DNA from: Marsupella aquatica
Lineage: Eukaryota; Plantae; Marchantiophyta
Direction of reading: 5' to 3'
Assembly (NCBI GenBank): GCA_973895155.1
Contig: OZ316892.1
Span: forward strand, 5,044,510-5,108,509
Length of the DNA stretch: 64,000 nt
The position numbers and the translations under genes were made by a program. Positions within the stretch are counted from its first letter, which is position 1, and every line of letters starts with the position of its first letter. The notes under the pieces are model-generated. The model saw nothing but the letters and a program-made list of their open reading frames with translations, was not told the DNA's origin and ran no database searches. Below are positions 22,505 to 33,423 of the stretch, in pieces.

Positions 22505-25500
22505 ATGGATACTGAACGCGTTGCATGGTGTTCAAGATGCCTCAAACTCTTCAACATCTGCACCGACTGCATCACGGGAACATGTTCTTCCCGAAGTGAA
22601 GAAGGTAGAAGTTCAGCAGTGCCTGTGGTTGCTCCTTTTTCACCACCCAACAGAAATAATTTCACGTCGTTTGCTTCATCTTTTCTACCACTTGAAAATC
22701 GTGACAGAGTGGAGATGTGCCAAATTCCTTGCGAGGACCACTTGGTGATCCTCTTTGCTTTCCACGGACCTAACTGATCATGATAATCATGTCGGCTTGC
22801 AGCTCAATGACTCTGTTTATGAACTTTGCAAACCATCAGGATCTCGAGCACGCCGACCCTCTGTAGAGATAGTTTTCTTTCACGGTCTCCAATTTGATAG
22901 ATCTGTGACGACCTTTCTCACCACCTGGCTCTCAAAAGATGTGCGAGAGTCTTGGCTTCCTTGGATCTTTGAATATTTTCCAGACGCTCGTATTCTCCTG
23001 ATTTCATACAATGGCTGTATTAAGAAGAAAAATAAAGGGGGTGATCCAGATATGTATATCACTTCGGAGAATCTGTGGCAAGATATGATTGATGCGCGTA
23101 TTGGACAAGATGGATGCCCTGTTGTGCTGGTGGGACACAGTCTTGGAGGGTTGGTGATGAAAGAAGTATTGCTGAATGCCAATTCAGTGCTCTGCTTGGA
23201 TCCATCAAAACAAGTGAAGGAAAAATTGGGATTTCTCTTGCAGAATGTGAAACAGCTATTCTATTATTCTTGTCCCCACAATGGTACCAGATTGGCTGCT
23301 ATGGAAACTAAGTTTGTGAAGCGACAGCTATTTAAGCATCTAACCATACTCAAGAAGGAAGCAGCTAGATGCAATGAGGCGTTTCGTAAGTTACGCTTCA
23401 AGTACAAGTGGAGTGCTTTCTCCATTGCCGAAGCGCTTCCAACAGAGCTGGTGAGTAACCGCTGCTTATTGTGTCGCATGGATGGAACGAAAGGGATCCC
23501 AAGTATACTATTGAATTGTTACCATGTGCACTTGACTGGTATGTGCACTTGACTGGTATGTCTGGTATGCTTTGCCCATGAGATTTGTTAAAATATTCTC
23601 TGTTTTCACGCAAGTTTAAAGGACTGTATCTGTTCTACAAAGCTCCCATTGGATTTATCCTGCTGCAAGGTCTCCTACAGCTGAAGTGAATCTGTCCAAT
23701 ACGAAGTACTGTTCAGTGTTGCCAATTTGACTGACGAGTAGATAGGCCTTCAGTTTTTAGTGTGAGGAATTTTGAATGGAGAGATCAAAGCCCAACTTGA
23801 ACGGTATTTCTCTTCCTCGCACGCATTTCTAAATCTTACTATTCCCAAAGAATTTTCTTCATCTGGAATACCCTGGCCTAGAGGATTTGTCAGTGCCTGC
23901 ATTTTTCCAGCGCTTCAATCTGAAGTTGCCTGAATGCGTTGAGAAGTAACTTACCATAAATTAATGTTCATTCGTTACCCTATTTACATGCTGTCTTCCC
24001 CAGGGACAATTGGGAAGGCATATTGTTGTTGAAGAGGCTTCAGCGAGGTATGACACAGACGGCTATTACACAGCTCAAGATGCTGATCATATTAACATAT
24101 GTCGACCCGAATCTAGAACTGACGCCAGGTTTTCCAAGTTAAAGAATGTTATCAATCAGGCACTGGCAGCGGTATCTATTCTATGTGGATACGCTCTCCA
24201 ACTATTTTGAGATGCATTCTACTTGCCCTTTTTGAATGTTCTCTGATATATCTTTTGTTCGGGTTTGAAGAGAATGTTTTGGCAAGTGAATTGATTGGCG
24301 TGCGTAACCTTAGTGTTCATTCTTTGGCAGGATGTCGAGGGCCACAAGCTTTGGGTGTCCCGTGATGAAGTTGTAGGTCTTGATAAGCAGGTTGAGATGG
24401 TTCGAGATAAACTTGAGAAGTCACGACAGGTGGGCTTGTTTGGACCGGGTGGAATTGGAAAAACCACCTTAGCTAAGCTTGTATACAACGACATGTCAGA
24501 CAACTTCGAGTACACCTGCTTTGTAAGTGAAGTGAAAGGACGTGTGACAAAGAAGGCAAGTGTGGAAGACCTGCAAGCAGAAATACTGAAGAACTTGTAC
24601 TGCAAAGGGCGCCAGGTCAATTACGAATGGAGTACACTAAAAGGAACGAGAGTGTTGATCGGTCTGGATGATGTTGAGGACGACTCTCAGATTTTGAGTC
24701 TGACCGAGTCAGGATTTTCACCTGAGAGTTGTGTCCTTCTCACATCTCGGGACGCAAGAATTCTGAGGTGGAACGATTTTGAAGTTCACGATTTAGAGTT
24801 CCTTGATGCTGAGGCGTCCAGAAGGTTGTTCTGCAATCATGCTTTCAAAAGTGCAAATGCACCTGAAGCTTACAAAGAGCGTGTGGAGAGATTTACACAA
24901 AAATGTAGGGGTTGGCCATTGATCCTGAAAATTGCTGGCAAATACTTGTACAAACAAGAAGAACGAGTTTGGGACGACGCATTCGACAAATTAAGTCAGG
25001 CGAACCCACTCAACGCAAACATTGGTAAGGATGAATTCTGGCCAATTTTCAAGGTGATATACGGTTCTCTTGATACAACAGAACAACAAATGTTTCTGGA
25101 TATAGCCATGTGCTTCCATAGCGAGGAATTGAAGTCTGTACAACGAGCTTGGAGAGTTTATATGGCACACTCTGATGCGGGATGGCAGAATTTGCTGGAC
25201 ATGGGTTTGGTAACGAAAACCAGCAGAGCCCAGATCAAGATTCAGATGCACGAGGTGCTCCGTGATTTGGGACGTAGCATAGCATGCCCAGACCCTGGGA
25301 ATATTGGAGGCCACAGTCGTGTTTGTTACCACGCCAATAGTAGCCCTTGGCCATTTGAGAAGGTAATGCCAATACCTAAGATTAATTTAGGGGTGCCAAA
25401 AATCCTGAAGATTGGGTTTGTGGGTAAGCTTGGAGACACTAATTTAAATGTGTTGGACGTGCACAATTCAATGCAGGGAAATTCTAGAGTGGAAGTATTG

Positions 25501-26979
25501 AAGATTGTTTCAAGTCGTGAGAGGCACTACGGAACAGAAGACCCTAGATGGACCATCATCGATACTGGGAAACTTTGTGGATTGGAGAACTTGAAAGCTC
25601 TCTGGCTTAATGGTGTCAGCCTGCATGGGGCTTGGAATTTGCTTCCAGCCAAGCTTGAGTTTCTGCAAGTGAAAGCAGGGCGGATACACCATTTAGGTTG
25701 TTTCCGTCAACGTCGTGGATTGGAGAATTTTGGGGAGAACTTGGAATCTCCCTGGCTTGATGGTGTCGTTCTGCGTTGGGCTTGGAATGTGCTTCTAGCC
25801 AAGCTGGAGTTTCTGAAAGTGAAAGCAGGACGGATACACCAATTAGGTTGTTGCCGTCGTCCTGTTAAGTATAATGATGGTCACGCAACATTACGACAAG
25901 TGGAAAATTACAGCGGGAGATATACCACGCATACTCCCCATCATACTACCCTGGAGTCTTTGAGTTTTGGGTTTTGTCGTTCACCAGATCTTCCGCATAG
26001 CTTCAAAGAGCATCGAGCTCTTAAATATTTGAGAATAGAAAATTACCAAGGCACAGCTCTTCCCGATACCCTGGCGGATCTTGAAGCATTTGAACGTTTG
26101 AGAATTGGAGATTCGAGGTTGGATAGTTTCGGCCGGTTTGGAGCTTTGAAGAGTCTAACGATCCGTGGCTACCCCGCAGAAACCATTCCAGATTCTCTCG
26201 GGCAGCTCTCGGCGTTGGAAAGTCTGACATTACGTGATTGTTCCAAATTAAGAGCTCTGCCTTCTACCCTCGGGAAGCTCTCGTCTCTGAAAAGTTTGAC
26301 ATTACATTATTGTTATGGATTAAGCATTCTGCCTGCTTCCTTCGGGGAGCTTCGGGCTCTGGAAAGTCTGACAATACTTTATTGTTATGGATTAAGAGTT
26401 TTGCCTTCTACTCTTGGGCAACTTCGGGCTCTGGAATGTCTGACATTAATTTCCTGCCTGAACTTGCGAACGCTTCCTGATAGCCTAGGACAACTGAAGG
26501 CTCTACGACAATTAGTCGTTCGTTGGTGCGAGGAGCTCACAGCCTTTCCGGAGACCCTCGGGGAGCTGAATGGTCTACAGAACTTAACAATTTCCAGGTG
26601 TTGGCGTTTGAGAAGTCTTCCAAATGGCCTCGGGAAGCTTCAAGCTCTTTCACATCTTGTGATCACAGAATGCCAACTTCTGAATGCTCTTCCTCCTACT
26701 CTCAAGGAGCTTCCGGGGTTGCAACATTTGGAATTGGGTTGGTATCATGGCAGCTTGAAACCGCTGGAGAACCTCCTTGGGAAGCTCCGACCTCTGCAAC
26801 ATTTTAGACTAATTAGTGACCATGACCCAAGGGCTGTTCAGGAGGCCCTCGGGGAGCTTGATGCTGTGAAACATCTCAACATATGGATTGGCGATAATGC
26901 ATGTGATAGAGTGGGGGAGGAGGCGCTCGGCAGTGGAGAATATTTTGAAATTCTTCCTGGGGGTAATGATTGTTCGTAA
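22505..26979 (+). CDS. Alpha/beta-hydrolase-NB-ARC-LRR immune receptor (HNL class); exons ?22505-~22708 (uncertain), 22803-23450, 24004-24171, 24331-26979 (possible in-frame intron 25363-25476)
   Basis: SERAC1/PGAP1-like hydrolase: IVFFHGL, GHSLGG, PHNG, VVEEASA, DHINICRP. NB-ARC: GPGGIGKTT, LDDVED, LLTSR, LFCNHAF, GWPLIL, MFLDIA, MHEVLRDLG. About 10 LxxLxLxxCxxLxxLP LRRs follow. Exons from 22803 onward join in phase 0 via GT-AG. Confidence 0.88.
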
Positions 26980-27236
26980 GTGACAAGAGATGGGTTCTAT
27001 CTTAATGGACTTCATCTTAGTGAGTTCAATCAAATAGGTATTTGGTCCTAAATTAATCTGTATATTTGGTAGTAAATTAATCTGTGTATCCCAAGTTCAT
27101 CCAAAGAATGTATAGGTGTGTGATGAAATTAAATTGTTTATTTGGAGCAAATGAAACAAAGAGGGAAATATGTTTTTTTATGCAAAATAATTTTTTGATA
27201 CAGTATTTGATCTACCTAAGAGTGCCTAAGTCCCCT

Positions 27237-29770
27237 CTAGTTGGCATTGTATTTGTGCTTCAAAGAAGCGCCCATTGTCGAGGTCTCATCCCTCCCTGTT
27301 CTGAGCAGGGATGTCGGTGATCAGGTCTTCCTCGCTACCCCTCTGTAGATGGTCAATCAGTGTCCGTGTGTTTTCTAGTCAAGTTGACTAGCATGTGGAT
27401 TGGCATCTTGAAGTCGTGCCTCGGCCTTGTCACCTGGGTCGGGTGCGTTCCCTTTGTATGCTGAATGTATTTGTGTGTCGCCTCCTTCTTGGTCAGCTGG
27501 TTCTCATCGAAAGGTACTGCCATGTACCCGAGCACCTCTTTCTGCACTCCTCTGTTACACTATGTGGTTGAGTTAGTATGTTATTGTTCTTGAACGTTGT
27601 GAGATGGGTTTGAGTGGGAGTCTCAGCTTGTTACCTGTTGTTGGTCTCTCGTTGTCAAGTTCCTTGAAATCTTTGAAGAATTTCTTGCGGTTGTCTATCA
27701 ATTTTGACATGTCTATTCTGCTGATGCCAGAGTCCCATTCTGAGGCCTCCATTCCCATACCGTCTACGTACTCGATCTGCCTGGTTGTGGGGACGTTTTA
27801 TCTGAGGACTATGATCCCTTGTAGGCAGCTCACGCATGATCAATCGCGCCAGCTCGACTGCCGTCATGGGCTGTAGTGAAAGACCGACAAAGTGTTAGTT
27901 GGTGTTAGTGTCATGTTGTTGTTATAGCATACTTTTGTATTGAGTTAAGATGAGTTACATTAATTGTTATTGATTTCTTAGATTAGTACATGTTGGATTA
28001 TATTTTAGAAACACATTTTTGTACTTGTAGTAGTTATCAATTTTTTTAGATATGTTTTTTTTCATGAATTTAATAGTGGTGCAGAGAGCGGGAGATGGAT
28101 TGTAGTGGTGTTACTGTTGTGATGTAATGTCTTGGCAGCTGGTGCAATCGTCTCCATGTGCGCCAGCTCCCGTGGATGTGCCTAGGATGATTTCCCAGTC
28201 TTGCTCAGTTTGCTGGTTGACATCTGCTTCACCATGAACGGGTAAGCCTCAAGATAAGTGAAACACTCTGAAGGCAGACGGCGTGAGATTTCCAACAATT
28301 CACATGAATGACCTGTTTGTGACTCTACTCAACATGACGTAGACAAGCCCGGGTGCAAATGCATTAGTTATGTCCAACACGACCTTGTTGGCTACCGTGC
28401 ATCCTTGGCTTTTGTGTCCGGTAATTGCATAACCGATCATTAGAGGGAATGTGGATTTCCTATAGGTCTCGAGTCCTGAGAGAAATTTGTTCTCATGCAC
28501 TGTGCGGTTCACTTTGATGAGGCGGTTGTTCAAAGCCAAGCAGACAGAAATAGTCTTTTTGCCGTTGGCATCGGTCGGGATGTCCTCGATGACTCCGCCA
28601 TTGCCATTCATTGTATGTTGGGCGAGGTTGATGTTGTGTGTGCCCGGGCCCTCAGTCTTAACTAATACATGGAGGACGTGCAAGCGCTCAAATGGTAGTT
28701 TTTATTCATTTTGAAGTAATAATGATAATTATTACTGATATCTCGGGGGTTTCACTTCAAAAAAAATGGCACATCACATGCGACAAAGTATAGGGTCATT
28801 TGATTGGTTCAAAGGGAAGACTTAGTAATTTTCTTAGAAGAACAATAGGGTTTTTTAAATCAAATTTTGAGACTTATAAGAATATTAGGGTCTTATAACC
28901 AATTTTTAGAATATTCCAAGAAATTCCAACTTTATAGGGGTTGAAAAATAATTTTTTTCTTACATTTTAGGGTGTTCGAGGCCTAAAAACGTCACAGGTG
29001 ATGGGGAGGTATCCATATAATGAGACCCCTGAGCCGGTAATAAGGGAGCTTTTTATAGTAAAATGAAAATAACAAGGGGTACACAGGAAGAGGTCCCGAT
29101 TGCAGTGGGGTCCTTTTATTTTTACACAAAGTGAGGGCCCAAGGTGTGTGTGAGAATCACCTTGCATCCAATCGCCGCGGTTGAGAGTGTGTGGAAGTCG
29201 GAATCTTGGATCCAAGCTTTCATTGCATCATTGGATCGATGGGGCGTTGATGAGGATGGGGATGTCTATGAGAAGTAGCTTTGTAGGGCAACTTTTGCAT
29301 GGACTTGTAATATGGCGACCCTGATATAATTATGACACAATTTTCATATGTTGTCTATGTGATGGTTGCACACCGGGGGTAGTTGGCACATGTCACCCAC
29401 TAGGATCATCGCCATCTTTCTCTTGAAAGGGTCGGCGATGCGGTACCCGTCTTGGAGTGTCTTGTGGAGCCTTGTGGAGATACACTGCAGTAGTTTTGGC
29501 TGCAGCATGCTGGCCTTGTCTATGACAAACTCGTTGTTGTCTCTCAAGGTCTGAAAGTATGGGCTTGTGATGATGAGAGGTCGGAGTTCTCCGTGTGTGG
29601 GAATGTTGAACAAGGAATGCATGCATAGTCATGGCATTGGAGTTGAGGTTGATTGCAGCTGCGCCTGTTGTGGCACACATCTTCACCGCCCTTCCTTTCG
29701 ATCTCCAATACCTGGTCCATGTGCACTATGAAAAAAATCTTGCCTAATCCCGGGTTCCCGTTGATCATGA
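27237..29770 (-). mobile_element. Decayed Pif1-helicase-bearing element, probably a Helitron
   Basis: Fragmented SF1B motifs in order: GNPGLGK (I), TTGAAA (Ia), MHSLF (Ib), IDKASML (II), GDMCQLPPV (III) at 29344-29768, and FPL..GYAITGHKSQG / GLVYVMLSRV (V/VI) at 28300-28683. Candidate 3' end: 17-nt hairpin at 27255-27271, 14 nt from CTAG at 27237-27240. No Rep domain seen. Confidence 0.7.
28742..29033. mobile_element. ~290-bp MITE-like element inserted in the helicase remnant (copy 1)
   Basis: Imperfect TIRs ctcgggggtttcact / aatgagacccctgag with AT-rich interior; a second diverged copy lies at 30236-30510. Confidence 0.6.
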
Positions 29771-30235
29771 ATAATCCGCTTTTGACATCCTTGAGTGCTT
29801 GCCCTTGAACACTTCCTTTTGGTCAGGAAGTCGTGCAAATCTTGAAGTCGTGCAAATTAAAGAAAAAGTGTAGGTAACCCATCTCCAAGAGGGGGTGTCA
29901 ATGGGATGTAATCCCACAGGGCGCTGAGTTACAGCCTTATCCCCAAATGGAGATGAGTTACCAAGTGGAAAACCTGAGTGCATTTTTGAACCATTCACTT
30001 CATTTTACACTGCAAAAGTTTTATCTGTCACTCTCTGCCACTTGCACCTTATTGTATTTCTTGTTCAAATTTCAGAATCCCCAGGCCAGGTTGGCATAGG
30101 GTTCCGGGACTTCATCCTGGGGTAATGACTCATAACTTACCAGGCATCAACGTACAAGGAAATTAGTTCATGGACCCCATATTCAATTGTAGTTCAATGA
30201 GAGACAAGTCATTGGAAATATTTTGAAGTGTTGTA

Positions 30236-30510
30236 CTTGAGGGTTTCACTTTCACAAAAATGGTGCATCACGTGTGACAAATGATAGGGTGGTTTTATTG
30301 GTTCTAAGGGAAGGCTTAAGAAGTTTCTGGAAAGAACATAATTATAGTCTTATAAATGCAATTGAGTGTCTTTTTAATCAAAATTTTGGAATATATTCTA
30401 AGTTTATAGAGATTAAAAATTAATATTTCTTTCCCTACATTTTAGGGGGTCTGGGGCTTAAAAACATTGCAGGTGATGGGAAGACCTTCATATATAGTGC
30501 AATCCCTGAG
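30236..30510. mobile_element. MITE-like element (copy 2)
   Basis: Collinear with 28742-29033 (gggtttcactt, aaaaatgg, ttggttc.aagggaag, tacattttaggg, caggtgatggg, ccctgag). Confidence 0.6.
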
Positions 30511-33423
30511 GTGTTGTATCAAAATTATTTGCCTTGTTGCATGAGTCCTACATAACCACCTATGATTATGTGAACAATACATATGGGATCATGGAGCAAC
30601 TTGGAACATGAAGGAATTTGGATCTTTATATTCTTAAGTGTTCATCTTGCTTCCCCCTAATTTTGAATTGCTTGTACCTCCATGATCATTGAAGCTAATT
30701 GATTGCCTAGATAAGCTTCAATGTTGGATCCTTTCCATATTGGGATTCATTCTTTATCTCCTACTAGTCAGATCCAAATCAATATCTAATTACAAACGCA
30801 ACCCAAACATTATCAATACAAAAGTGTCATCTCTAGCTTTGTTTTTTCATTCCTCTCAATGTTTATAGTCTATAGGTAACTTGGAAGTTTGAGTTCAAAT
30901 TAAAGGCCCTCAAACTAGTGGAAACCAATATGGATTAAGGGCCCATGATCTTGTAAGTTAGGAATGAGAAAATATGCCGATGTTAGATTCATTCTAGCTT
31001 TTCAGTGTTTAGCATAAAAAGTCTCATTGAGAGATTAATGACAAAACAGAATCATGATTTTATGAATTTCTTGGTTTTCAATGAACATCACATTGGTAGA
31101 TTTTGTCAAGTACCAAGGAGATCTTGAGTTTGTCAAAATTGCTGGGTTTCCTATGAGCCTAACATTGGCAGATTTCATCAAATACTATATGAGTTTTTGA
31201 ATTTCCCTTGCATTGTCAATCAATGTGCTTGTCATTGTGACATTCAAAGATTGTTTCAAGTCTTACAAAGATCACGAGTTCATGAATTCTTGTAACTTTC
31301 CAACATTGAGTCAAACATTAACAAATTTTAGGCCCTAGAAAGATGTTGCCCCCTTGGGGAATCACTTAGGCTAAAACTCCAAATATCCCTATGAACACTT
31401 ACATGTTATATACCCCTCATTAATTTTCATATGGCAAATTTAAAAGACCCTTGAAAAATGTAATAAATAATTTTCATATATTAAAAATACCCTTGAGTCA
31501 TTTATAAGTACATTGGAAACTCATTGTAAAACCCCTTGTGTCTTTATAAAGTATCGTGTATGTAGTACTAAGATATGATCATTCAAGTGCACATGTATAG
31601 TTCCTACTTTAACAACTAATATCATTGTAAAAAATTAAAATACTAATAAATGACCCGTACTAAGCAAGTGACACATGGACCAATCCGCTGGTGACGCATG
31701 GCATACACTATGTGGTAATACCCTTGTAAAGAAATAAAAATAATTTGAGATAAGGAGTTAATTAATCCCCTTCATTACAAATTTGTGATTATAATTATTA
31801 ATTGGGTAGGATTTTAAATAGCCTTCATTAGTTCGCACATGGTTCTAAGAATCCGACGAGTGATTCCCCAGGGTGTTGCCCATGCATGGTTTGGAGCCAT
31901 CTATAGGGAGCATTTATGAAGGTAAGAATCAGTGATTGAATGAGTGTTGAGATCTTTGGTAAAAAATAAAAAATAAAAACATTAACAAATTTCATGTCAG
32001 ATTTTGACAAATTCCAAGATTTTAAATCTCTCTAACTTTCTAATGTGTGACATTGGAAAGTTTAGCCAAATTTTAATTAAAGAGATCATGATGAGGATCA
32101 TGATCAAATTCTCTAGAGTCGCAGAACTCGACTACCTTAACACTTAGCTTCGGCGTCGCTGACTCCGACGCCGAGCTCCCTTATGATCCAAGCCCGGATA
32201 GGCCATCCGGGGAGGACTTAGCATGGGGAGACTGGGGGCAATGAGACGTGACACTGGCAAAGGCAAGGCTCCAAGCTGATGACACACACTAAGGACTTAG
32301 ACTAGGTGAGAGTTGGTCGAGTCAAGGGGAAAAGGGCCGAGCTCAAGGTTGACCGTCCGGACCCCCGGACGGACTTTGAGTTTTGAGGGCTTGAGTGAGA
32401 GCTCCTCTTGGGCCCAAGACCTATGGAGTTGACGCCATGGGCAACGGACGCTTGGGGTGCGACTTATGGCCCGATTCTGGTCCCCAAGCGGCGATGAGAT
32501 CTGAGGGTTTAGGCATGAGCACTGGTTTGGCGCGATCACAACGGGCTAAGGCATTCCGCTTGCGGACGCCTAACGAGAAAGTTATGGGCGTTGCCAATTG
32601 GTGGTGCGCCCAGACATGCGTGATAGGATCCGGGTTGTGGCCCAAAAATTTGGTGGCAGGTTTCCAGAAGCATATATGAGGGGAGTGGTGTCTTCCCGGG
32701 GGCTAAGGGTGAGCCGAAGTCGTGATCCGCGCCGGTTGCAACACTAAGAAAAAATGCCAAACGGAAACGGCGATAACTTCCCAATGGGAAGTCCGTTGGA
32801 GGACTTCTTGGGTGCGTTGGAAATCTCTCGAGGAGGGCTACATCTTCCTGATCTCAGATGGGTCTGTGGACACAGTAGGTTCTTGAGGTTTGCGGATGTT
32901 ATCACGCTCGCTGGCCAAAACTTGCCGAAATAGCAGCCAAGCCGCGTTCAGTCTCTCAAGGGAGCTTGCGTTGGGGAGGCAAGGCCAAGTAGGCATGGAG
33001 GTTGATTTCCAAGGGCACTTGACCCCTAGACCACCAGCGGGTGAGAACCGGGAGTTGGTTGCTAGAGTTGGGGCCATTCTGGTCCCGACTCGTTGGGACA
33101 AGCTTTAGGACAAGCTACGCTACTTGGGCCATGAACATGTCTTGGGGGCAGGGCGGTCAGTTGATGATGGATAGGTACAAGGGGGAACCCAGGCCGCACC
33201 CAAGGAAGGGGCTATTATGGATGAACAGTGGGCGTGGGTTTTGGTTCCGACTTATGGCATCGGGAGGACCTATTGCTGACCTACTTACTAATGTTTGTTG
33301 AGCTTGAGTTAGGATGCTAGACTTGGTGAGATCTAGATCCTGAAGGGTTACTTACCGAGATTGTGACGGGGTCCCCGTCACTCAAAATCACAAATAACTT
33401 GGTCGCGGAGTGTTGCGTAGTGT

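Noticed and set aside
32110-33361. GC-rich segment with several short ORFs, possibly LINE-derived
   Set aside because: No recognisable protein motif; treated only as the unassigned host of the gypsy insertion.
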